A stretch of DNA of 64,000 nucleotides from NCBI GenBank assembly GCA_903928565.1, contig CAIYRH010000002.1, forward strand, positions 28 through 64,027. The letters are read 5' to 3'. The notes under the pieces were generated by a model. That model saw only the letters and a program-made list of their open reading frames with translations. It was not told the DNA's origin and searched no databases. The position numbers and the translations under genes were made by a program. This DNA is from Candidatus Staskawiczbacteria bacterium (lineage in GTDB: Bacteria; Patescibacteriota; Minisyncoccia; Minisyncoccales; Staskawiczbacteraceae). Shown here in pieces: positions 45,706-54,885 of this stretch. Each line of letters begins with the position of its first letter. The stretch's first letter is position 1.

Positions 45706-46206
45706 ATGGCAGTTGTATTTATATCACCAAAAAAGAGGCAAAGAATGTTTTTCCTAGTTATAACACTAATGTTTGTGTTGTTTTTGGTGTTTGTTTTCCT
45801 TGGAGTAATTTTTTCTGCGCCAAAAGAAGTGCCGCCAATTGTGGTTTTAAATACTTCAAAAGTTAACATAGATATGACTATTTTTGATTCTGTAAAATTT
45901 AAAAACCTTCAGGCATTTCCGGAAATGGGCGACCAATATAGATACAAAGCTACCGCCCGAAACAAAACCGTGCAAGAAGGTTTTATAGCAGCAGATTCGG
46001 CAACTTCGGCAGTGCAAATTTTACAAAAAATGGGGTTTACAAATCCAAGTTTGCAAAAAGTTGAAGCCGGTAGAGAAAATCCTTTTATTAAATATTATAC
46101 TGTTCCGCCACCTCCTGCAGAAACTACTACAACCACAACCCAAACAACAACCGCCGCAGACGGCTCGGCAACACCACCCCCTGCAGGGCAAAACACCGTG
46201 CAATAA
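45706..46206 (+). CDS. Membrane-anchored hypothetical protein of the pilus operon
   Basis: 166 aa with an N-terminal TM and a T/P-rich tail. No family recognised. Confidence 0.5.
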   Translation: MAVVFISPKKRQRMFFLVITLMFVLFLVFVFLGVIFSAPKEVPPIVVLNTSKVNIDMTIFDSVKFKNLQAFPEMGDQYRYKATARNKTVQEGFIAADSATSAVQILQKMGFTNPSLQKVEAGRENPFIKYYTVPPPPAETTTTTTQTTTAADGSATPPPAGQNTVQ

Positions 46207-46234
46207 AAAATAATAAAATATAAAAGTTAAATTT

Positions 46235-47977
46235 ATGAAACAATTATTACAGGAATTATTTGCACAAGGCTTAATGTCTGAAGACCAAATGAATGATTTG
46301 AAAAAGCAGGCGAAAAAACTTGGTAAAACCGAAGAGGAAATTATTTTAGACAATAATATTGTTTCAGAAGCAACTTTATTTGAATTGAAAAGCAAAATTG
46401 GTGGCATTTCTTTAAGAAAAATTGATGTAGATAAGGTGCCAACAAACATTTTAGAATTAATCCCTGAAGAAGCATCTGTAAATTATAAAATGATGGCTGT
46501 GGCAAGCGGAGAAGACGGAAAGAAAAACTCAGTTATTATGGGAATGGTTTATCCTGAAGACATTGTGGCTCAAAATGCATTAAGATTTTTGGCCAATCAA
46601 GAAAATTTTACTTATCAGGTGTGCCTAATTACTCCCGGAGATTTGTCTAAGCTTTTAAAACAGCGCGAAAATTTATCCACTGAAACAAGAAAAGTTTTAG
46701 ATAAATTGCCCGAAGAATCTAAGGTAATTTTGGGAAATTTATCGGACAATAATTTAGATGAAACCATAACCGAAGAAGCGCCAATTATAAAAATGGTTAT
46801 GGTTATTTTACGGCATGCGGTTGAAAGTGGGGCATCTGACATTCACATAGAACCCAACAGAGATAAACTAGTTGTAAGGTTTCGTATTGGTGGAATTTTG
46901 TATTCTAACTTATCTTTGCCATTAAAAGTTCATCTGGCAATTGCAGCTAGAATTAAAATACTTTCCGGTTTGAAAATAGATGAAAATAGAATTCCTCAAG
47001 ATGGTCGATTTTCTACAAAAATAGACGGCCAAGATATAGACTTTAGGGTTTCAACTTTTCCAACACTTTATGGCGAAAAAACAGAGCTTAGGGTATTAGA
47101 CCCGTCTACAGGATTAAAAACTTTTGAAGATTTGGGTTTGTCTAAAAGAAGTTTGGAAGTTGTTAAAGTTGCAATAAAAAAACCGTATGGAATGATTTTA
47201 TTTACCGGGCCAACGGGGTCAGGAAAAACTACAACGCAATATGCAATTTTAAGAATTTTGAATCAGGAATCAGTGAACATTGTTACCGTTGAAGACCCGG
47301 TGGAATATTCAATTGATGGAATAAACCAGTCGCAAATTAGGCCCGAAATAGGATATACTTTTGCTCACGGTTTAAGGCAAATTTTAAGACAAGACCCAAA
47401 CGTAATTATGGTTGGAGAAATTAGAGATGAAGAAACCGCAAATTTGGTTATTAACGCCGCGCTAACAGGACACGTTGTCTTATCTACCTTGCACACAAAT
47501 TCATCAACCGGCGTAATTCCCAGATTAATAGACATGGGCGTAAAACCATTTTTAATTCCGTCCACCCTTCGGGTGGTTATTTCGCAAAGATTGGTGCGGA
47601 CTTTGTGCCAAAAATGCAAAATAAAAATTAATCCATCGGAAAAAATAAAGACTTACATTTTAGAAAGAATAAAAAGTTTACCGGCTTCGGAAAAGAAAAA
47701 CGTGAAAATTGAAGACCCGCTTTTGGTGTATTCGGCCAAAGGTTGTGAAGCTTGCGGGTTTATTGGTTATGCAGGCCGAGTTGGATTATATGAAGTTTTA
47801 TCAATGAACGATGAATTAGCCGCGCTTATTCAAAGCAACCCCTTGGAAAGTTTAATTTTTAAAACTGCGCAAAAACAAGGCATGCTTACAATGGAACAAG
47901 AAGGAATATTAAAAGTTTTAGCCGGTCAAACAACCATTGAAGAAGTTGTACGGGTTACTGAAGAAAGAGACATCTAA
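46235..47977 (+). CDS. pilB: Type IV pilus assembly ATPase PilB (GspE family)
   Basis: 580 aa with an N-terminal GspE_N-like domain, Walker A GPTGSGKTT, Asp/His boxes and a tetracysteine motif (CQKC...CEAC). Confidence 0.9.
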   Translation: MKQLLQELFAQGLMSEDQMNDLKKQAKKLGKTEEEIILDNNIVSEATLFELKSKIGGISLRKIDVDKVPTNILELIPEEASVNYKMMAVASGEDGKKNSVIMGMVYPEDIVAQNALRFLANQENFTYQVCLITPGDLSKLLKQRENLSTETRKVLDKLPEESKVILGNLSDNNLDETITEEAPIIKMVMVILRHAVESGASDIHIEPNRDKLVVRFRIGGILYSNLSLPLKVHLAIAARIKILSGLKIDENRIPQDGRFSTKIDGQDIDFRVSTFPTLYGEKTELRVLDPSTGLKTFEDLGLSKRSLEVVKVAIKKPYGMILFTGPTGSGKTTTQYAILRILNQESVNIVTVEDPVEYSIDGINQSQIRPEIGYTFAHGLRQILRQDPNVIMVGEIRDEETANLVINAALTGHVVLSTLHTNSSTGVIPRLIDMGVKPFLIPSTLRVVISQRLVRTLCQKCKIKINPSEKIKTYILERIKSLPASEKKNVKIEDPLLVYSAKGCEACGFIGYAGRVGLYEVLSMNDELAALIQSNPLESLIFKTAQKQGMLTMEQEGILKVLAGQTTIEEVVRVTEERDI

Positions 47978-47998
47978 TATAAGTAAAACCTAAAAGTT

Positions 47999-49063
47999 AT
48001 GGATTATTTAAATTATTTAAAAAAACTATTAGATTCTGTAGTTGCACAAGAGGCTTCAGACTTAGATATTTCTGTTGGACACGTGCCAAATATTCGTATT
48101 ACGGGCCAACTTGTTCCGTTAACGCAAGAAAAAACAGTTACTCCCGAAGATGCTGAAGCCATGGCTTATGCCTTAATGTCTCCATTGCAGAAGAAGAAAT
48201 TTTTAGAAGAAAAAGAAATTGACTTTTCTTATCAACACGAAGACAAAGGCAGATTTAGAGTTAACATTTTTTTCCAAAGGGGCAGTATAAGTTTGGCTTT
48301 GCGTTTTATTCCTTCAAAAATTAGAACAATTGAAGAATTGAATTTGCCAACGGTATTGCACGATTTCTTGGCACGTCCGCAAGGTCTTTTCTTAGTAACG
48401 GGAGCCACTAGCCAAGGAAAATCTACAACGTTGGCGGCAATGATAGACGAAATTAATCACACAAGGTCTGTACACATTATTACTGTTGAAGACCCAATTG
48501 AATACACTTACCCTGTAGACAGAGCAATTATAGACCAAAGAGAGGTTTTAATAGACACTTTAAATTTTAACAACGCATTAAGGTCTACACTTCGTCAAAA
48601 CCCCGATGTTATTATGGTGGGTGAAATGCGCGACCTTGAAACAATTGCCACAACCATTACCGCCGCCGAAACCGGCCACCTTGTTTTTGCAACACTCCAC
48701 ACCAATTCGGCTGCTCAAACTATTCACAGAATTGTAGATGTTTTTCCGGCAGAACAGCAAGACCAAATTAAATTTCAGTTGTCTTCATCTTTGTTGGGAA
48801 TTGTTTCTCAGCGGTTAATTCCAAGAATTAAGGGCGGGTTTATTCCTGTTTGTGAAATTTTAATTTGCAATAATGCGGTTTCTAATTTAATTAGAGAAAA
48901 TAAAATACACGAAATTCCTGCAGTTATTGAAACATCTGCCAAAGAGGGAATGGTTTCATTAAATAGAGCAATGGTGGATTTGGTAAGAAGAAAAGAAATA
49001 TCTTTAAAGAATGCCATGGATTATTCGCTAGATCCTTCCGAGATTAGAAACCTACTACGTTAA
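47999..49063 (+). CDS. pilT: Type IV pilus retraction ATPase PilT
   Basis: 354 aa with Walker A GATSQGKST, VIMVGEMRD and ATLHTNSA. No N-terminal GspE_N domain. Confidence 0.9.
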   Translation: MDYLNYLKKLLDSVVAQEASDLDISVGHVPNIRITGQLVPLTQEKTVTPEDAEAMAYALMSPLQKKKFLEEKEIDFSYQHEDKGRFRVNIFFQRGSISLALRFIPSKIRTIEELNLPTVLHDFLARPQGLFLVTGATSQGKSTTLAAMIDEINHTRSVHIITVEDPIEYTYPVDRAIIDQREVLIDTLNFNNALRSTLRQNPDVIMVGEMRDLETIATTITAAETGHLVFATLHTNSAAQTIHRIVDVFPAEQQDQIKFQLSSSLLGIVSQRLIPRIKGGFIPVCEILICNNAVSNLIRENKIHEIPAVIETSAKEGMVSLNRAMVDLVRRKEISLKNAMDYSLDPSEIRNLLR

Positions 49064-49068
49064 AACGA

Positions 49069-49145
49069 GTGAGTAGTTTGTAGTGAGTAGTTTGTAGATT
49101 TTTTCAAAGTATTTCTACCAACTACCAACTACCAACTACCAACTA
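49069..49145 (+). repeat. Long imperfect inverted repeat of the GTAGTTTGTAG/CTACCAACTAC family (pilT-pilC spacer)
   Basis: Left arm gtgagtagtttgtagtgagtagtttgtag (49069-49097), 17-nt loop, right arm ctaccaactaccaactaccaactaccaacta (49115-49145). It ends 2 nt before the pilC TTG start. Confidence 0.75.
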
Positions 49146-49147
49146 AA

Positions 49148-50356
49148 TTGAAATATTTATATCAGGCTAGAAGCAAAGAGGGCAAATTGGAAACGGGCAC
49201 AGTTGAGGCATCTTCCCGCGAGGCAGCCGCTTTACTTCTGCAAAAATACAATATTTTTGTTACATCAATAAAAGAGCAAAGCCCTTTAATTTTTCGTACA
49301 GAAAATATAAGTTTTTTAAACAAGGTTTCAAAAAAAGATTTAGCAATTTTCTCAAGAGAATTGGCGGTAATGTTGCAGTCAAGAGTTCCTGTAACACAAA
49401 GCTTGAAAAGCTTGTCTGTGCAAACAAAAAATCCGGTATTTAAAGAAAAAGTTTTTAAAGTTTCGCAGTTAGTTGAAGAGGGGAGCCCCTTGTCTGAAGC
49501 CATGGCAACTTTCCCGGATGTTTTTAATGTTTTTTATGTAAGCTTAATTAAAACTGGAGAGGCTTCGGGAAGAATTTCCGAGTCCCTTTCGTACCTTTCA
49601 GACCACTTAGAGAGAGAGGCCGACATTGCTTCACAAATAACGGGCGCTATGATTTACCCGGCTTTTGTAATAATAGTAATGCTTGTGGTACTCCCTGTTG
49701 TTGTGTTGTTTGTTATGCCAAAGCTTGTAGATTTGTTAAAAGAAACAACATCTAAACCGCCCGCCTTTACTCAAGCAATGATTGGTTTTTACGGTTTTCT
49801 GGGAAGTTATGGTTGGATTTTAATGGCGGGAGCCTTTCTTTTTATATTATTTATAATTTATTACTTTAGAACAAAAACGGGCAAAAAAACATGGGACGAA
49901 ATATCTTTAAAAATTCCGTTCTTTGGTGGGTTTTTAAAGAAAACTTTTTTAATTAAATTTGCAGAAAACATTTCAACGCTAATTAGTGCTGGGCTTTCAA
50001 TAAACAACGCCTTGAAAATTACTAAAGATATTGTTGGAAATTCTGTTTACGAAAGAATTTTATCCGAAACAGAAGAAAGGGTTTCCCAAGGAGAAAAAAT
50101 AAGTGCGGTTTTGGTGCGCTACCCAGACTATGCTCCGGCCTTTGTAGTGCAAATGATTCAGGTGGGCGAAGAAACCGGTACTTTAGACAAAAATTTAATG
50201 CAAATAGTTAATTTTTACAATAAAGAGGTGCAACGCGCCATTGCCACATTTACGTCGCTGTTAGAGCCAATTTTAATAGTAATTATGGGCATTGGAGTTG
50301 CCTTGTTGGCAATTTCTGTAATAGAGCCATTATATGGCGCCCTAGGCTCAATTTAA
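49148..50356 (+). CDS. pilC: Type IV pilus platform protein PilC (GspF family)
   Basis: 402 aa with two GspF repeats and 3 TM helices. TTG start per the ORF track. Confidence 0.85.
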   Translation: MKYLYQARSKEGKLETGTVEASSREAAALLLQKYNIFVTSIKEQSPLIFRTENISFLNKVSKKDLAIFSRELAVMLQSRVPVTQSLKSLSVQTKNPVFKEKVFKVSQLVEEGSPLSEAMATFPDVFNVFYVSLIKTGEASGRISESLSYLSDHLEREADIASQITGAMIYPAFVIIVMLVVLPVVVLFVMPKLVDLLKETTSKPPAFTQAMIGFYGFLGSYGWILMAGAFLFILFIIYYFRTKTGKKTWDEISLKIPFFGGFLKKTFLIKFAENISTLISAGLSINNALKITKDIVGNSVYERILSETEERVSQGEKISAVLVRYPDYAPAFVVQMIQVGEETGTLDKNLMQIVNFYNKEVQRAIATFTSLLEPILIVIMGIGVALLAISVIEPLYGALGSI

Positions 50357-50360
50357 ATTT

Positions 50361-50873
50361 ATGAAAAAAGGTTTCACATTAATTGAATTGATAGTTGTGG
50401 TTGCAATAATTGCTGTTTTGTCTACTATAATTTTGTTTACAGTTTCGCAATATATAAACAGAGGCAAGGATTCCAATGTGGCGGGCAATATGGCAATTTT
50501 AATTCCGGCAGGTGAAATTGTTTACAACGCTAGTGGCGCCACTTACATAGATTTTTGTGACCCACAAAAGAATAATGTTATAAAAAATGTCATTGCGCAA
50601 ATGCCTCAGCCAAATGTTAATGGGTATTGCTACGATAACCCACTTGTTGGAGCGGGCACCCAAGACAGCTCGCAATGGAAAGCGTCGGGGTCTGGCGCTG
50701 GGGTTGGCAACCCTGCGGGCATTTGCTGTTATGCTACAGAGCAGGCGTGGGTTGCATGGGCTAGAGACTTTTCAACACCGGCAAATGTTTATTGTGTAGA
50801 CAGCAGGGGCATGAAGGAAGACGTGCCATATGATGCAGCTAAATTTGTTTCAACTGCCACAAAATGCCCGTAA
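50361..50873 (+). CDS. Type IV pilin (prepilin-type N-terminal cleavage/methylation domain)
   Basis: MKKG|FTLIELIVVVAIIAVL class III signal, with C-terminal Cys residues. Confidence 0.85.
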   Translation: MKKGFTLIELIVVVAIIAVLSTIILFTVSQYINRGKDSNVAGNMAILIPAGEIVYNASGATYIDFCDPQKNNVIKNVIAQMPQPNVNGYCYDNPLVGAGTQDSSQWKASGSGAGVGNPAGICCYATEQAWVAWARDFSTPANVYCVDSRGMKEDVPYDAAKFVSTATKCP

Positions 50874-51048
50874 CTAGTCATTTAACAATGCAAGAGTTAT
50901 TCACATTATTGCTATTGCGCCGTTTCCTTTAATTTTGTAAAATAGAGTAAACATAATCATCCCGGTTAAATTTTGTTTAACCGGATTGGTCGACTTTATT
51001 ACTTAAAAATTAAAAATATTAATAAAAAATTAAAAAAATAAAAATATT

Positions 51049-51513
51049 ATGAATAAACAAAAAGGTTTTACAATCATTGAGTTAATTGTGGTTATTGCCA
51101 TTATTGCCGTGTTGGCAGGAATAGTGTTGTTAAACGTAACAGGTTATATTAACAAAGGCAAAAACGCCGCAGTGCAAGGAAATTTAGCTAATATAATAAC
51201 AAATGCTGCCGACTATTTCTCTACTAATCCAACCAATTCTGGATCCACTTATATCGCCCAGGGGATCGCCATGTCAGCTAGGACAGCTGCAGATAATGCT
51301 GTAAAGATAACAAGCGGTAATACGCCTACTTATGCAGGTGATGGCTCAACACAGGCTTGGTGTGCATGCAATGCTTTGCTTTCGCCTGTTGGGACCACCT
51401 GTGTAGCTGGATCAACCTGTTCTTTCTGTGTTGACTCCACAGGAAACAAGAAAGTTATTTCAAATGCCTGTTCTTCAGAGTGTTCTTCGTCAACTAGCTA
51501 TGCATGTATGTAG
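51049..51513 (+). CDS. Type IV pilin, second paralog
   Basis: MNKQKG|FTIIELIVVIAIIAVLAGI, with a Cys-rich C-terminal head. Confidence 0.85.
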   Translation: MNKQKGFTIIELIVVIAIIAVLAGIVLLNVTGYINKGKNAAVQGNLANIITNAADYFSTNPTNSGSTYIAQGIAMSARTAADNAVKITSGNTPTYAGDGSTQAWCACNALLSPVGTTCVAGSTCSFCVDSTGNKKVISNACSSECSSSTSYACM

Positions 51514-51572
51514 CTTGCGCAGATTAATAGCATAAATTTATTATAAATAAATTTAAAACAGGGCTCTTTATT

Positions 51573-51610
51573 GGGCTCTGTTTTTTTTTTGGAGTCATTT
51601 TAAATAGTAT
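51573..51610 (+). terminator. Intrinsic terminator after the second pilin
   Basis: AACAGGGCTC-TTTATT-GGGCTCTGTT (with G-U pairs) followed by a T-run of about 10. Confidence 0.55.
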
Positions 51611-51637
51611 ATTTCCCCCTAGAATCCAAAATGAATT

Positions 51638-51673
51638 TATGCGTCTTTTTGGCGTACGCCAAAAAGACGCATA
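51638..51673. repeat. Perfect palindrome, left copy (flanks PaaX-like gene)
   Basis: tATGCGTCTTTTTGGCGTACGCCAAAAAGACGCATa. The 34-nt core is its own reverse complement and is identical to the core at 52374-52407. Confidence 0.85.
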
Positions 51674-51743
51674 TTTAACGCCGATAATTTTTGTTATATA
51701 ATATAATAATCATTGTTATAATAATAAAGTAACAAGATAGAAC

Positions 51744-52370
51744 ATGAAAACAATTTCAACGGAGATTAAGAAATTACAAAGAAAAATAAATTATTCGAAG
51801 CACGACATAACCCAAAAAATTATATTGCATTTAGCCAATTGCATGGATTTTAGTTTTTCTTATACTCTTAATAAGAAATTAGGTCTTCCACAATTTCCCG
51901 GCAGAGTGTTAAGAGATTTGCTGAAAGCTGATGACAGAGATTTTGGAGATAGCATTACAGAGTTGAAAAGATTACATCTTATAGAGAAAAAAGTAAACTA
52001 TGACGGTTCCATTTTAATTTCTCTAACTAGCAGAGGTAAATTAAGGGCACTTAACATGCGCTTTAAGCATTTAGAAAGAGTGCACAAGAATGAAAAATGG
52101 GATGGGAAGTGGCGCATGGTGGCCTATGATATCCCTGACGAATTTAAACGGGGACGCGACGCATTAAGATATAGGGCACACATTGCCGGATTTTATGAAC
52201 TCCAGAAGAGTCTATTTTTGTACCCCTATGACTGCCAGAAAGAAATAGAAGATTTTGTGCAATTGTTTAAATTAGAAAAATATGTACGTTTCGCATTATT
52301 AGATTTCATAGACAATCAAGATTTTCTACTGCGAAAATTTAAATTAAATTGCAGGGAAGTAGCGCAATAA
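51744..52370 (+). CDS. PaaX-like transcriptional regulator (wHTH + Cas2-like middle domain)
   Basis: WDGKWRMVAYDIPDEFKRGRDALRYRAHIAGFYELQKSLFLYPYDC matches the PaaX-family W.G.W..V.F.IPE..R..R..LR..L...GF pattern. Confidence 0.6.
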   Translation: MKTISTEIKKLQRKINYSKHDITQKIILHLANCMDFSFSYTLNKKLGLPQFPGRVLRDLLKADDRDFGDSITELKRLHLIEKKVNYDGSILISLTSRGKLRALNMRFKHLERVHKNEKWDGKWRMVAYDIPDEFKRGRDALRYRAHIAGFYELQKSLFLYPYDCQKEIEDFVQLFKLEKYVRFALLDFIDNQDFLLRKFKLNCREVAQ

Positions 52371-52411
52371 AATATGCGTCTTTTTGGCGTACGCCAAAAA
52401 GACGCATATTT
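52370..52411. repeat. Perfect palindrome, right copy
   Basis: aaatATGCGTCTTTTTGGCGTACGCCAAAAAGACGCATattt. Palindromic over 42 nt, starting at the last base of the PaaX-like stop codon. Confidence 0.85.
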
Positions 52412-52461
52412 AATGTTTTTGGATGGTTTTAAAGAGTATATAAAAATGGTAAAATAATTTA

Positions 52462-53316
52462 ATGAATTTGAATTTAATAAATGAGATTTTTGCCCCGACT
52501 TCGTCGTGGGTCCTCGACAGCCTTTTAGCTGTCGGGATTTTCATTTTTGGGGCCTGTATTGGCAGTTTTTTGAATTGCGTAATTTATAGGTTAGAAGAAG
52601 AAAAAAGTTTAAAAGGCAGAAGTTTTTGCCCACATTGCAAGCATATGTTGGCGTGGCACGATTTATTTCCAGTGTTTAGTTTTTTATTTTTAGGGGGGAA
52701 ATGCCGGTATTGTAAGGCCAAAATTTCGGTGCAATACCCGCTAGTAGAAATATCAACGGGCTTGATATTCCTATTAATTTTTAATTTTAAATTTTTCCCG
52801 ATAGCCTCGCTATCGAGGATCCTCGACGGATCTGCCGTCGGGACAATTTTAAATTTGTTTTTTCTTTTTTATATTGCAAGTACTTTAATTATAATTTTCA
52901 TTTACGATTTAAAGCATTATTTAATTCCCGAAGTAGTTTTGCTTCCGGCTGTTGCAATAACATTTATATACCAGTTGTTAAATTTTAAATTGCAAATTTT
53001 ACCTTATTTACTGGCTACTTTTATTGCTGGTGGAATATTTTATTTAATGTATTGGTTGTCAAAAGAAAAAGCAATGGGTTTTGGCGATGTTGAGCTGGTT
53101 GTTTTAATGGGCTTTTTGTTAAGCTGGCCCAATTTAATTTTAGCGCTATTTTTGGCTTTTTTCTTTGGTGCTATAATAGGGCTAGCATTAATGATATTTG
53201 AGGGGAAAAAATTGAAAAGTTTAATTCCTTTTGGACCATTTTTAATTGCGGGCACTTTTATTGCAATGTTTTTTGGAAATTATATAATTCAATGGTATTT
53301 AAATTTAGTAATATGA
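52462..53316 (+). CDS. pilD: Prepilin peptidase PilD (A24 family)
   Basis: N-terminal Zn-finger CPHC...CRYC, polytopic, catalytic Asp contexts (IYDLKHY..., GFGDVEL). Confidence 0.85.
   Translation: MNLNLINEIFAPTSSWVLDSLLAVGIFIFGACIGSFLNCVIYRLEEEKSLKGRSFCPHCKHMLAWHDLFPVFSFLFLGGKCRYCKAKISVQYPLVEISTGLIFLLIFNFKFFPIASLSRILDGSAVGTILNLFFLFYIASTLIIIFIYDLKHYLIPEVVLLPAVAITFIYQLLNFKLQILPYLLATFIAGGIFYLMYWLSKEKAMGFGDVELVVLMGFLLSWPNLILALFLAFFFGAIIGLALMIFEGKKLKSLIPFGPFLIAGTFIAMFFGNYIIQWYLNLVI
52493..52534. repeat. GC-rich twin-hairpin element, in frame in pilD (copy 1)
   Basis: ccccgacttcgtcgtggg plus CGACAGC-CTTTTA-GCTGTCG. Shares (g/a)tcctcgac(a/g)g...gtcggga with copy 2. Encodes SSWVLDSLLAVG. Confidence 0.6.
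52799..52840. repeat. GC-rich twin-hairpin element, in frame in pilD (copy 2)
   Basis: CGATAGC-CTC-GCTATCG plus CGACGG-ATCTG-CCGTCG. Encodes IASLSRILDGSAVG. Confidence 0.6.
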
Positions 53317-53978
53317 CTGGCTTAAAGAAAGGAATAACATTAGTTGAAATTGTGGTTGTAATTTTTATTATTTCAATGTTTATGGTTATTTTAATTTCTG
53401 ATTTTCCCAAAATGCTAAGGCAATTTGCTCTTTCAAGAGTAGTTTATAATTTTGCGCAAGATTTACGAAAAGCCCAAGATTTGGGGTTGTCTGGCGTTAG
53501 ATTAAACGATAAAACAGGAAAGGCAATTACTGTTAAGGGTTATGGAATTTATGTTAATTATTCAAAAAACCCCACAAAGTATTTATTGTACGCAGATGTT
53601 GCCGCGGCAGCAGATATAAATGGGCCAGGAAAGAGTGACCAAAAATACGATGACCCTGTAAGCCCTCTTTATTGTAGTGAAGTTGACCAACCGGGCGGGG
53701 GCGCGAATATTGTTAATGGGGTGCTTGTTGTAGATTGCATTGTTTCGGAGGTAGATATAAGTAAAGAAAGCTCAAGTTTATCTATAGATTCTATTACCAA
53801 TACAGCCGGTTCAAGTAACACTAGTATTAATTTTACTCCGCCAGACCCAATTACAACCATTGATAATTTAGATACTACTATTACTAATAATAATCAAGTT
53901 GGAATTGTTTTTAAAAATACAGACGGCGCTAAAAGAACGGTTTATGTAAACACATCGGGGTTAATTAGCATACCATAA
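53313..53978 (+). CDS. Minor pilin (GspH/FimT-like), prepilin-type N-terminus
   Basis: MTGLKKG|ITLVEIVVVIFIISMF. The ATG overlaps the pilD stop (ATGA). Confidence 0.75.
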   Translation: MTGLKKGITLVEIVVVIFIISMFMVILISDFPKMLRQFALSRVVYNFAQDLRKAQDLGLSGVRLNDKTGKAITVKGYGIYVNYSKNPTKYLLYADVAAAADINGPGKSDQKYDDPVSPLYCSEVDQPGGGANIVNGVLVVDCIVSEVDISKESSSLSIDSITNTAGSSNTSINFTPPDPITTIDNLDTTITNNNQVGIVFKNTDGAKRTVYVNTSGLISIP

Positions 53979-53979
53979 T

Positions 53980-54882
53980 ATGAAAAAAGGGTTTACTATT
54001 ATTGAATTAGTTATTTCCATTTTTGTTTTAGCCATTGCCGTGGTGGGAATTTTTAGTGCGCTTTCTATTATAATGATTTTAACTGCAGATTCCGCAGACC
54101 GGTTTACCGCAACTTATTTAGCTCAAGAAGGAATGGAGATTGTAAGAAACATTAGAGATACAAATTGGTTAAATATGAACGTTCCTCCTGTCTCTGGCAC
54201 GGCATATTCGTGGGCAGACGGGTTGACAAATGATGCAACTCAAAATTCTATAGACTGCACCGAGAATAATCCTAGTTGGTGTGAAGCAGATTACGCCGCC
54301 GTTTCACTGTCTCACGGGAAAGACCCGCTGGAATTAAACAGTAATGGTTTTTATGTTTATAATACAAAAGATATAAATCCAGTTGAAACTAAATTTAAAA
54401 GAAGAATTATAATTGAACCCATTGTTGATGTAGACGGCAACTCTTCGCCGTATCATATATTAAAAGCAAAAATTGAAGTGTCGTGGAAAAGAAAGGCAAC
54501 AATTTTAGATGCAGGAGCTTCAGCAGATGAATGTGGAAAGAACAATTGTATAACCACAATAGGCACATTATATAATTGGTACACGGCGTTTGTTGCAGTT
54601 AAAAGCGTAAAAATTATTGATAACAACCCAGCAGGGAAAAATTATGGTACTCTTCATTATAATAATAACGAAACAGCCCAGCTTACTGTAGATGTTGAGC
54701 CAACGTACGCCACAATTAAAGACGTAGTTTGGTCGTCTGACAAAGCCTGTGCCACAGTTGATTCTACCGGTCTGGTAACGGCAGTGAGCTCTTGCCTTGG
54801 CGACACGGTGACTATTAGCGTCACTAGCGCCTCGAATAGTAATATACATGACGAAGATACATTTACCATTGTTAATCGATAA
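53980..54882 (+). CDS. Minor pilin (PilV-like) with C-terminal Big_2-type Ig domain
   Basis: MKKG|FTIIELVISIFVLAIAVVGIF. The C-terminus ...AQLTVDVEPTYATIKDVVWSSDKACATVDSTGLVTAVS is Big_2-like. Confidence 0.7.
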   Translation: MKKGFTIIELVISIFVLAIAVVGIFSALSIIMILTADSADRFTATYLAQEGMEIVRNIRDTNWLNMNVPPVSGTAYSWADGLTNDATQNSIDCTENNPSWCEADYAAVSLSHGKDPLELNSNGFYVYNTKDINPVETKFKRRIIIEPIVDVDGNSSPYHILKAKIEVSWKRKATILDAGASADECGKNNCITTIGTLYNWYTAFVAVKSVKIIDNNPAGKNYGTLHYNNNETAQLTVDVEPTYATIKDVVWSSDKACATVDSTGLVTAVSSCLGDTVTISVTSASNSNIHDEDTFTIVNR

Positions 54883-54885
54883 TTT

